From assembly GCA_030248215.1 (NCBI GenBank), contig JASANG010001414.1, forward strand, positions 1 through 64,000: 64,000 bases of DNA. Direction: 5' to 3'. Source of the stretch: Enoplolaimus lenunculus (Eukaryota). The notes beneath the pieces were generated by a model. It did no database searches, was not told the DNA's origin, and worked only from the letters and a program-made list of their open reading frames with translations. Shown in pieces: positions 26,403 through 37,918 of this stretch; positions within the stretch are counted from its first letter, which is position 1; every line of letters starts with the position of its first letter. The position numbers and the translations under genes were made by a program.

Positions 26403-27246
26403 GTTTAGTATGCAATTTTCACAATATTTTTAAATACACAAAACCTTCAATACCCAATAGTGTTGGCATGGTTTTTGATAATGTAACTTAGGCAAACGAT
26501 AACAACGCAAAGACCGTTGTATAATTTTCGCCCGCCGGTTTAAATTTAATCTTAGGTTTAGGCTTAGGCTCAAGTTTAGGCTTGTTTTATACAGCCGGTA
26601 TGTATAACAACGCAAAGACCGTTGTATAATTTTCCCCACAGGTTTGCATTTAATTTTAGGTTTAGGCTTAGGCTCAAGTTTAGGCTTGTTTTATACAGCC
26701 GTATGTAACGCTAAACTAAGTCCAAGCGTTTGTTTAGCTGTTTAGCTAAACCTTAGCCTGAGTCTAAGCATATACATAAACCTTAACCATAAATGTGAGG
26801 GGAAAATGCAAAAGAGCCGAATGAACGCGTTGGCTTGAAACAGAAAGAAATAAATTTCGCCAGTCGTTTTGCTCATGAAAGATAAGTTTTGCAAATGCTC
26901 ATGGAGTGAATATTGCGGTATTTTGCAATATGATATTTTAACCAGATTGCCAGATATAAACTTGAAATTCTTGAAAAACAACTCTATCGATTTCAAGCGA
27001 CAGAAATAAGAGTCTTTTCATGCCATTGCTGTCATGAACGTAAATTATATCTGCTATGGTTAAAACTGAAGTAGATATTGCGAGCGAATTGTCCAAAAAA
27101 CATTGAAAAAATTTCCTCATTTTTGCTGACAAAAATTGAAAACAATTCGTTCAGCTCCTGTTTTGTAATTTTGATGGTTAAATTACATAAACTGTCGAAC
27201 CATCCAACAAACGCTTGATCACAACTCGAATTCAGTTCAAAATTTC

Positions 27247-27389
27247 GACGAATGTTAGTTTAAGGGGCGTAACAATACATTAAGTGTATTCCTAAGCCTA
27301 AGCCTAAGCCTAAAAATGTAATTAGAATCTAAGCCTACTCTTTTATAGACCCACCAGAAACCTGGACGCCCCTAAAAGTAACATGGGCC
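27247..27389 (-). mobile_element. TTAGGC-bearing Merlin-like MITE (A3)
   Basis: Perfect TSD aaaatttc (27239-27246, 27390-27397). Confidence 0.85.
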
Positions 27390-27625
27390 AAAATTTCACT
27401 AAAGATACTTTCAAACGTCGAATTAGTTGCGGCGAGAACTTGCAACTGCAATTTGCAACTGCAAGCTTTATTAACGGGTTTTCAATTCGACCTTGCAAGT
27501 TATATTCTATAAAAAACTTCCATGTATAAGTTACAGCTGCAAGTGATCTCTGTCAAAAATTCACTCATACAAAGTACCGCTACGAGTTGCTGCTGCAAAA
27601 ACTTGCACGTCTGATCCGGCTTTTA

Positions 27626-27889
27626 CCCCTTCTCACAATGAGTTGCCTGTAGGCAACTCAGCGCAGTGTATATACGTTAAATAGTATAATATCGCACCGT
27701 GTTTAACAATTGCAACACGTATACATAGTACTAAATCACCACAAGACGTGACAGCCCCCTCGGGCTCGAGCGTCAAGCTCCTATAGCTGAGTGGTGATAG
27801 TATACGCCTCCCACTCCAATCACTGGAGTTCGAATCCTAGCATAAAAGTAGGTCTCAGGGGAAATAGAAAATATTCATGTGAGAAGGGG
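27626..27889 (+). mobile_element. piggyBac-like MITE with tRNA-derived segment (~27777-27841)
   Basis: 12-bp TIR ccccttctcaca/tgtgagaagggg; flanks ttta/ttaa; A box TAGCTGAGTGG and B box AGTTCGAATCC. Confidence 0.8.
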
Positions 27890-30117
27890 TTAAACATGAC
27901 ATTATATTCTATATTGAACATTAGCAGAAACTTGCTGTTAGCCTGTTAGGACATTAATTTAAAAAACATGGATCGAAGATTTGGACAAATTATATAAGAA
28001 AGCATTGCGACTCGGCACAAAAATGCCACGCGTAGTTTACTACGGTCAAAAACCATAATTGTCGAGACGAAAAATGCCCAGGTACATATAACTCTACACA
28101 ACCATGGTTAGAATATGTAATAGAAAATAGTCATTTGGTACGTTGGTAGAGTCTTGAAATACTCCAAGAAACAGATAAGGGACCAATTCAAGTTAATTAT
28201 TTTGGTGTCATTGTTGTTTTGGTTGGGATTGTGGCACTGTTTAAACATTTTGTTACCGTCCTGTTTGGAATACGTGGTTTTGAGTTGTTGAATACAGGTT
28301 TTTTGGAAAATACCACTCAAACGGTGTAGCACGACAGCGGTAAGTTGTTTGATTTTGGACGGGTATAGCGCAACCGTAGCGAGCAACAAAAAATTTAAGT
28401 ATTCAAAACGTTATTGTAAAGTCTGTGAAGGTAACTTTATACTTATGTTTTCAGAAAATTCTAAAAGAAATATACAGCCTCGTATCTTTTTTTGTATTCA
28501 TTTTTATCAATAAAATATTAATTCATCATATCTACATCTAGGGAAATGCATATTAGGATTAGACACAGCTGAAAATAATCTCGCTTTATCTTGTTTATGG
28601 CTTAGTCTGCGCACAAAAAAATTAAAATTATGATAAAATTTTAAAAACTCGATTCCGGTCAAATTTAAATTAATTTAAAATATTTAAATTTGTACACTTG
28701 AAATTAAGACAACTTAATTGGGTTGCGCTATACTTATCTGTGCCGAACGCCGCTGTGCAGCGCCGGACGCCGCTGTGCGCCACCGGATACGCTAAAAATA
28801 GGTAAATTTATTTGGCGGCGTGCATCAAATAGTAAAAAGGAATTATATTGTGCCACGTGCCGACGTTCGGGTGCGTGCGGCGAGTATAGCGCAACTCTTA
28901 GACGACTGGCCACAAGCTATGCTATACCAAATCACTATATGTTTAACGAATCCGTGCGGATCATGCCTTTCAAAGGCCATACATTTAGAACCACCCCGTT
29001 TTTTGTGGGACAGCAAAAAGTAGGGTTTAATGTTAGACTATTTTTTTGCTTAGGCTGTTTACGCTTTTTCAACACTAAGGCTTAGACCTAGGAATATATG
29101 CTTTAAATTTACAGTTACTGCTCTTTAACACTCATTTGGTCCGTTGAAAATTTTTATCCAGATACCAAAGTTACTGTGTATGAGGTGGAAAACTTGTAAT
29201 TGATTTTGGGTTTCGAAATTGAAATTTATAGTAATTTAAGAAATTTTTTTGCCGTATCCTATATATGACCAGTTCGCTTATAAACTTTTGAAACGAATTA
29301 TTCCTTGAATATTGAAAGATTGCGATAGTTCAGACAAAATTGGAAACCTTAAACATGAATTTTTGGACTCACAAAGAGTTTTATCACCACTGACTTAATA
29401 CTAAACGGCCCAGCTTAAAGCAAAATTTAATTATAGCTTTGGAAACCATGAAAATTCTAGGTATAAAGCTGTTAATAGTTTAGGCTTAAATTAAACCAGT
29501 CTGGATCCAAATTTTAATACTAAACGAGACACTGGTAAAACCAAATTAACCCGTGTAAAACGTTGTTTAATCGCTGATGCTTATTTAAATGACTTCGGGG
29601 GCTCAGCGCCAACTGTCGGTAAACAAATACCCCGGCCAATTTTTGGTTTAATTTTAAAATAAATTCTGTTAAAATTTGACGCAACCAGCCAAAATCAACA
29701 ATTAACTTCGACCACATATGGTGCGCGATAATTGTAATTAAAACATTTTTCAAGTTTTATTTTTAGCTCTGAACCACAGCCACTTTTTACCGTCTTCTGT
29801 TCTTGTCTATAGTCAATATCTGGAATACAGTAGGCACTAAAAGGCAGTCAAACAGTCCTTCTTCCTATTCGGACTGACTCTGTCAGGTAACAGTGCCTTA
29901 TTTAGGCATCGTAAAGCGATTAACCTATTTTATCATACAACTAATGTTTCGGTCGGTTTCTCGCTACAGACCTCCAATAACCTAAATTCCTTTTTACGCC
30001 ACTGGTTTATAGATGTAATACCAAGAGCGTATACAAGCGAAGAAATACAGGGGATACATTCTTCGTGACACTTCGTCAGAGACAAAAAAGCACGTTTAAC
30101 AGACTTTAACACTTGTA

Positions 30118-30339
30118 CACTGCAAAAATTGGTGAGACAAATTGACTCTCTCCGAAATCGGCTTTTTCTGAGTACACAAACTGAGTCAAAATTCGGCTAC
30201 GCCAGAGTCAAATTTGACTAAATGAATCGCTCAGTGAGTCGAATTTGACTCTGGCGGAGTCGAATTTTGACTCAGTTTGTGTACTCAGGAAAAACCTATT
30301 TCGGAGAGCGTCAATTTGACTCACCATTTTTGTGCAGTG
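30118..30339. mobile_element. CACTG-ended foldback MITE
   Basis: Near-palindromic over its full length; TA flanks. Confidence 0.88.
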
Positions 30340-30699
30340 TACTTTTGAACTTTGATGTCAAACAAATTTTCTTTTACATAAAGTCAGTCCCTCTCGAACT
30401 CGAGTTCCAGCTACACTTCTCTAAACACTTGTACGATTTTTAAATCACTCACTGGGCAAAACAAAATTTTAACTCAATTGCCGTTCAAACTGCAATCAAA
30501 TACCTCGTTGAAAATGCAGTTTGTTGCATCTTTATTCGGTTTCGTTCAATTACTCTTGTGAAATTGATTAAAAATGATTGCTAACAAACGCTGAAGCGCA
30601 AGCAACGTTTTTAAAATTAACAACAAACATTTTTAGATTGTGCTTTTTATAGCCGCTTTTAGTTGATTATTTAGTTTTATAGTTTTTTGTCCGGTTTCA

Positions 30700-30899
30700 G
30701 GCCCATGGATAGAACAGGGCCGGAACAGTAGTATAAGCATATTCCTAAGCCTAAGCCTAAGCGTAAGCCTACTAAGCCTAAGCGTAAGGATGAGCCTATT
30801 CCGAAGCCTAAGATTAAGCAAAAAAATTTAGTTTAAAGCTTAAACTGACTCAAGACAGCGCCTTCGGAAAACGATCTGGCCCTGTTCTATACATGGGTC
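30700..30899 (-). mobile_element. TTAGGC-bearing Merlin-like MITE (A2)
   Basis: TSD cggtttca/aggtttca. Confidence 0.85.
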
Positions 30900-31162
30900 A
30901 GGTTTCAAATAATTTAAAAATGAAGCGAGTACATTTGCCTACCAATTGTAGTTTTTATATGACTACGAAAGTTCCCACGGTCAGAATGCTGTACTTTACA
31001 GTCAAGTTAGGTTTTTGAATTCCAATTAGCGTAAGAAATATATATGTCGCAGGCAAACCCGCTATTTATGCCAATTACTAATTAGCCTAGGACAATGCCA
31101 ATCTGTTATTTATAACAGCGGTTTGTCCTAGGCTAAACTGCTATTGCATTTATAGACCAATC

Positions 31163-31396
31163 GGCCCATGTATGGAACAGGGCCGGAACAGTAGTATGAG
31201 CATATTTCTAAGCCTAAGCCTAAACCTAAGCCTACGCCTAAGCCTAAGCCTAAGCGTATGGATGATCTTATTCCTAAGCCAAGCCTAAGCCTAAGCCTAA
31301 GCAAAAAATTAGTCTAAATCTTAAACTGACTCTATTATAGCCCCTCCGGAAAACGATCCGGCCCTGTTCTATCCGGCCCGTTTCGATACATGGGCT
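31163..31396 (-). mobile_element. TTAGGC-bearing Merlin-like MITE (A2) nested in another MITE
   Basis: Perfect TSD gaccaatc; flanks match the uninterrupted element at 12957-13258. Confidence 0.9.
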
Positions 31397-31778
31397 GACC
31401 AATCAATGTGGTTATTTGGACCGACACAATACCGTTAAGCAATCAGCGTTGGTTTTACATCACTGATGCCTTGTTACATTTCACCCTTGCTATGCGGCCT
31501 AGGTAGGAATGACCTGATTTACACCTTGAGCTACGAAATACATACATTCTAAAAAGTTTGTGGTTCTCGCTTTATAATGCAACATTTAAGAAAAAGCCTT
31601 GTACCGTATATTAGTTGCTGCGTGAAGATAAATATGATATACATACACATGGTTTAGTACATTGCAACAATTTACACAACTTGACATTGCAATTTGTCAA
31701 AAATTAGCGAACACAAATGCAACTATTTTGTATAATAATTCGCCGAAATCTAATAAATTAAATTTTCTTAAATTTAAA

Positions 31779-34639
31779 CTAAGACAAACTATCCAAATAA
31801 CCAAGTACCCATTCGTTAACGTCACTACTTTTAGCAAAGCTATCATCTTCGGCTAAATAAGCGTCATATGCACATTTAGTTGCGCTAAACTGCTCGCGAT
31901 CGCTATCCGCTTGGCCTTCCAGCCTTTCCATAGCAACTTGAATTTGTTTTCTTCGAGTTTCCCACGCGTATTGTTGTTGCTGTTCCAAATTAGCATCTTC
32001 TTGATCATGGTTTGAATCTTTGCTACTTCCACTTTGATCAGATTGACTTATTTTCAAATTAGTCTCCATCAACATTGTCAAGTAATCAGCAGGTGTAATC
32101 GAATTTGGTCTCAGTGTCATTCGTCCATACTCTTGCAGTTTAGCAACCATTTCCACCACTAGTTCAGCTAGTTCCGCTTCCGTTGTGTCGTAACTTTCAC
32201 AAATTCCCACGGTAACATTTTCCGGTTCGCTATCTGTCGCTACAGCTCTGTCAGCGGAATAAAATTCTTCGAGCAGTGTGTCAAAATCAGCTCGTTCTTC
32301 AATTAAATTATCATAATGACGGATGGTAAACGCCAAACTACGATGTACTGTCCAAGCGCATTTTCCCACACACTGACCGCAAACTGCGTTTAGTTCATGT
32401 GACGTCATAGCTATGCAATTGAACTTTTTCGAATCTTTGCCAATTTTGCATTCAGCGTGACATAAATGAGTACAATTGAGACAAACAGTTGTATAGACAC
32501 CACGTTCGTTGTCGAATCGTTCATAATGATTGACGTAAACAAGCCTGTCTGCAGGATTAGAATCAGATTCAAATTGAGCCATAGCGAGTAAAAATTGAAA
32601 TAATCGACACATTTCGTCCAATTTTGCATTGATATCTTCTTGAAGGCGTTCTATAGTTGAAGCGAGCGAGCGGCGAACTTTTACCTCATCAGTTGACATT
32701 AATTCAAGGGATTTTATAGTTTTAATTTGGTCCGTTTCATCACTTGATTCAAGTTCAGCTCCTGCTGCATTGAGAGTTGCTATTTTGAACGTATAAGTTG
32801 CGTTTGATGATAGTTTTTCGACAAGACAGCTCGTTTCGCCAGGGGCTACTCTATGCACGAGGGCCCAGCCAGATTCAGCTTTATGTTGAGATTTCGTTAG
32901 CCGGCGTATCATAACGGCAACTGAAATTTGGTTCGACTTATCTTCACTTTCTATGTCCACGCTGTCCCCGATTTCAAATGAGTCCCACCGAAGGGTAACT
33001 GTACGATCGGTGACATCAGTTACCCGAAGGAATTGTGGAAGACTGGGAAGTGAAAATCGAACCGTTCGGCCGTTACGGACTGCAAACAGTGCTTCACCAT
33101 TGACCGTAGACTGTTCTCCGATCTTGTTTTTGCGAGATTTCTGGCGAATTTTTTGTGCCAAATGACCAGAAGTGACCAGATAGTATTTTGACTGCTGGGA
33201 CGTGCTGGATTTTTTTAGAGTTTTGACGTTGCGGATTTGATGTTCTAAGGTTTCTGATAGCAGCTTTGTTTGTCGTTTGCGATGATAGTTAAGCGATGCT
33301 TTGCTCCAGTCAACTGTAGTTTGACTCTGATGCGAAGAGGACTTCGTCCACTCTTTTAGTGGCAAATACGATTTCAAATCTAGCACCATACGTTCGTTTG
33401 AATAGTCTTCATTTTCGTTCACGGCTACGACACAAATATACGCGTTATGCTTCGTTGATTGCTGGCGAATTTTGTTGTACTCTGCCAGGCTTTTGATGTG
33501 CTCCATGCTCGACAGCGTAGATTTAAATTTTGAAATCGATTTCAATTCTGATTTGAACGAAGCGACCAAATTTTGAATTGCGCTCGGGTTGTAGGGTGAG
33601 CGGTTGATGTAATTCAACAGCTTCGCCAATCTACGATTAGGATCCGAAGACTCCAGTGCTGCGCCAGTTTCTTCGATGAATTCAGTTTGAAAAGTTTCCA
33701 ATGATTTCAGAGTGTTATCGATATTGTTTGCAGTTGACTTCAGCATTTCCATTTTCAATATTTCAACATAGTCAGATTTCAACTCTTCTAGTTCTTTGAT
33801 TGCCGACCTAAATGCCAGTGTCGCGTCAAAATATTCGTTGATCAATTGCTTGTCGATTTCCGTATTTTCCTTACCTTTGACTGATAGCAATTCTACGGTT
33901 ATGAGTTCTTCAGACGAGGAACTTTGTTCCTGAACGTAATCATAAAATTCACAAAACGAACTGTTAGATGTCAATCGGACTCCAGTCCCTAAATTAAAAA
34001 GATGAAAAGATGCTACTATGTTGTTGAGCTCTTCTCGTTGTTTATCAGATATTTCGCCAGAAACAAGCTTGTCCAGAAGTTGCTCCATCTGATCATGACC
34101 ACTGCCGAAGTCTTCAGTTGATTCAATTTCAAAAACATGCCATAGCCCGTATTCGGTGCCCGTAACTAAAATTGTCGAATTCAAGTTTCTTTCGTTACTA
34201 CTACTACGACTACTACGACTAGATTTTGCCGTTTCTAACAAATTTTCATCATCTTGCAGCACATGTCTTGATTTTACTTCGCGCTGTGATATACAATACG
34301 TTCTGTTACGATTACAATTTGCACTTTCGACTAAAAATGCATAACAATGTGGTGAAAATTTTCCAGCCAAGCATTTCATAGTAAGCTGTGAGTCTAGTCC
34401 TAGAACACGCGCTCGATCACAACCATTAATAATCGAACGAATCAAAATCTCGCTTTGAAGCTCGCTGCCGCGTGTTGATTGCTTCTTTTTGATTTTAAAT
34501 TGTTTTAAATTTGATAACTGGCCAATGGAGTTGCTGGCGCCGTCTTCGAATGAATATAATTGGCCAATAGCATAGTCGGTGCCGAACGGTGGACAAATGA
34601 TTCGTCCAGAACGGAACGTAACATCGGAACGCTTTATTC
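31779..34639 (-). CDS. Large terminal exon: stonustoxin/verrucotoxin-like N-terminal region, fibronectin type III domain, Cys/His-rich and helical C-terminus
   Basis: The frame stays open from the acceptor ttttaag|34639 (bounded upstream by an in-frame TAA) to TAG at 31779. ICPPFGTDYAIGQLYS resembles the SNTX-type N-terminal motif ALGRPFxLGMLYD. FN3 signature: LRVTDVTDRTVTLRW...LSSNATYTFKIATLNAAG. YTTVCLNCTHLCHAEC...CGQCVGKCAWTVH and LRPNSITPADYL match the C-terminus of SNTX-FN3-septin-like GTPase proteins. Confidence 0.75.
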
Positions 34640-35267
34640 CTTAAAATTAAGCCGAAAAACTTTGTTTTTGTTTGGCGGTGGATATGTACATAGCATAACG
34701 AAGGAAATCAGTTACAAAACTGATTTCTGCTGCTGAAAACACACACTTACGCTAAACATTGTTTTTTTAGAAATTCCGCAAAGAATATTCATATCAACTC
34801 TCACGTTTTCTGAAACGCAGTTGTTCTATTTTGCGCTAAAAATAATTGACCTGGGATCAAGCCTATTTTTATGCCATAGTAGTTAGACCAGATAGGACAC
34901 CATCATCTTTTAATATTCTTTCTTTTGACCATAACTAAGTTATCCGAAGCGTTTTTGTTCATTGTCATGTCCATTAATCTCGATATAATAAAGTTTATGC
35001 CGTTTGTATGACCGTCTGCTACATATTTGAGCTGCCTAGGCCATTTTTCTCCTTTGCTCTCTTTTATGAACTCTAATTAGGATTTACGAACTCTTTCCAC
35101 AACAGGACTATAATGAGCACCATAGACTCATATTGATTAGACCACAAAATGCGGACTTCCTATTGTTGCACCACTGTTCTTATTCGGATCGCTTTAGTAG
35201 CTAGCAGGATACACTCACAGGTCTGCCTGCGACTTTGGCAAACCATCTACCTCTCGCTCCGGGTAAA

Positions 35268-37918
35268 TTAGCTATTTTCAACCTTCGGCTCCGGTTTTTT
35301 CACCTTCGGTTGCATTGTGATACCTAAGAGTGACTCGGCTCGAGAATGTGCTCACTCAAAATAAAATTTCAGCTAAATTCAATACAATTGTTTGCCAATA
35401 GCTTAATATGTTAACGGCATATCTTAGAAACGATCCTATAACAACGATGCGAAATCAAAAACCAACCTTTTGTTAACCGATTATCGTCAACTGCCGAGCT
35501 GGATCTTCCATTTCTACTGGGTGACGATTTTTCCGTGCCTCCACGACCACGACTACTAGCGCTTCCTGTGCGTTCTACGTCAGAGACACTGCCTACAAGA
35601 AATTTACTTTCTAAAATGATAAAAACCGTGCATAAAAATGTGAAAAAAGACTTAAAAAATAAAAAAATGAAAATGATTTAAACAAGAGCCAGCGCCCGAG
35701 GGCGGTGACAAAAATAAAGAAATCAGCGTAAAGTCCTATTCACACGTGCAGGTTTTTACGACAAGAACTCGCTGCTGCAAATTTGTAAAGGATAAGTGTT
35801 TCCATCTCAAAGTTGGGTTTGCAACTGGTGCGTAAAAGTTTTTGCAGCAAGGATTTGCAGCTGCATCTGGCAGCTACAAGGTTTGTAATGAATGAATTTT
35901 CGAACAAAACTTGCACGCTGTAAACTGCTGCTGCGCGTTCTCACTGTAAAACCTTGCAAACAGCCAACAATTTCCTCGTGAAAATTGCACCTGTGAGTTC
36001 TCGCTGCAAATACTTGCACGTTTGAATGGGGCTTAAAAGGCAAACTTGCAATTTTACTTAACCAGGGTTTAAGTTCGGCCAAATTAATAGGTTCGCGATG
36101 GTTATCCTAATCACGGGCAAATTGTGGTTAGAGAAAAACAAGGTTTTCAAAATCATTGCTTATAACATTTAAAAATGCTTGCAATTTCTACAAAGTATAG
36201 TAATTGAAACATATTATATTTTGTAGAATATGACACAAGTAACTATTACCGTTCCTTTTGGAATATCTGCCACGTCCGTACCGCCTTTTGTACCGTGAAC
36301 CATCCTGATCGTCTTCGTCCTTTAATAAATTTTGTTTTTTAAATTTTAACTTTTTTTAGCGAATTCAATATATATGGCCAAAAATACCTTGTACACTGCA
36401 AAAAATGGTGAATCAATTTGTCTCTCTCCAAAAAGGGTCTACGGGACTACACACACTGAGGCAAATTCGACTCCGCCAGAGTCAAACGTGCGACTCTCAA
36501 ATTTGACTCTGGCGTAGTCGAATTTGGCTCAGTTTGTGTAGAGTCCCGTAGAGCCTATTTCGGAGAGAGTCAATTTGACTCACCATTTTTTGCAGTGTAT
36601 GCTTTTAAACCTAAATTTGTCCTCAGGCAAAGTTTTGAACCAAAGAATACAATTTTTATTCGCACTGGAAACTGCAACATATTTTCTTTAGTGTGATAAA
36701 GGTGGAAGTGACTTGAGCCCATAACCGCAGTCTAGATTAATGAGCAGAATCCTAAGCCTAAGCCTAAGCCTAAGCCTAAGCCTAAGCCTAAGCCTAAGCC
36801 TAAGCCTAAGTTTTCAACATGAAACAATATATACAACAGTTAACTAAAAATTCAATCCGCGTCAAATTAACATCCCGAAATGCATATACTTGATGCAAGG
36901 TAAACAATACATACGTTGTAGCGCATGTTTACGGAATTTTCATTTTCAAATTATAGGGGACCAAGGCCTATCGCGTAACGTTACAGCGAACTTGGCGCCC
37001 CAACAGCTTATGTTACCGTTCAAATTCTATAGTTTGTTCATTTTCGCCTTTTTACCTCATAAGGAACTCCTAACACGTCGTGTTTGTATCGTTGATTTTC
37101 AGGTGGATAAGCACGTCTGCGGTAATTATCAGTACAGAGATATCTAAAAATATATAACTTAATTATTACAAATAGAACCGCCTCTCCTGTATATATATTT
37201 TAATATATTCTGAATCAAATCCTTGTTTTAAGCTATATTTATTTACAATACGCCCTGTACATTGGGCTTAAAACGTTAGATCTGCAAAATATTCATGTAC
37301 TGTAGTGAGCCGAATAAGATGGGGCAATAAGAGGGTGGTCCCATTTTGAGTCCCAATCAATAGCAGTCCGTATCCCTAATAAGAGTCCGTAAGCGTATAG
37401 AGTCGCTAAACCCTAATTAGAGCCCATAAATGTCACTTATCCCTAACTATAGCGCATAAATGACTCTAGGACCAAACAAAGTTGAGTTCGAATAAATATC
37501 AGCCCCCCTCTTATTCGGGTCACTACAGTACGGCTAAAAATTGTTTAAACTACCTTCCATTGTCAACCAAATTATGGATATTATCAATCTTTTGCGTTCC
37601 TTTCGCCGAATACAACGTGCGCGCTCCAAAATTTAACCTAGGAAGTTTGTCCGTTAAATCGTCAAGTAACGCATCAATATGTCTATTATGACGTCTACCA
37701 ACCAACACGTCTACTCCATCAAAATGTTTATCACCAGATCTAAATACTTTAACTCGTTTTGGGACTATTTCGTAAACAAGCCGGTCCCTAAATTCGCTTC
37801 GGTTTCGTCCTTGCGTTCCGCCACCTGTTGTCACGCTTTTGCTACCAAGTGCTGTTGATTTTCGGCTAACATTGGTGCCGCTTAACGCCTTGTTTGATAG
37901 GGCACTGTTTTTAGTCAT
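35268..37918 (-). CDS. Doublecortin (DCX) domain protein; 3' end ambiguous (stop at 35268, or in-frame splice into 34639)
   Basis: Exons 37918-37554, 37143-37056, 36319-36250, 35592-35467 and 35323-(stop at 35268), all GT-AG with consistent phases. DCX domain: KRVKVFRSGDKHFDG...IDALLDDLTDKL...GARTLYSAKG...IHNLVDNGRYLCT. Confidence 0.8.
35732..36033. mobile_element. PIF/Harbinger-like MITE; degenerate relative at ~27400-27621
   Basis: TIR agtcctattcacacgtgca / tgcacgtttgaatggggct; TAA on both sides; internal TTGCAG repeats. Confidence 0.7.
36394..36597. mobile_element. CACTG-ended foldback MITE (intronic)
   Basis: Full TIRs; TA flanks. Confidence 0.88.
36751..36810. repeat. Interstitial (CCTAAG)10, i.e. 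(TTAGGC)10 on the minus strand
   Basis: Ten perfect hexamers inside a DCX-gene intron; probably a remnant of the MITE family. Confidence 0.95.
37300..37528. mobile_element. Internally deleted Tc1/pogo-like MITE
   Basis: ta|ctgtagtgagccgaataag ... cttattcgggtcactacag|ta. Confidence 0.85.

Noticed and set aside
12088..35323. Stop-codon reassignment (TAA/TAG as sense) to explain in-frame stops in exon-like segments
   Set aside because: The ~950-codon exon, MAP2K5 and the LINE ORFs contain no internal TAA/TAG, and TAA/TAG end the neuropeptide, SK and SNTX-like ORFs.
36751..36810. True telomere or chromosome-fusion scar
   Set aside because: Only ten units, intronic, and preceded by a tgagcagaat spacer resembling the MITE-internal spacer.
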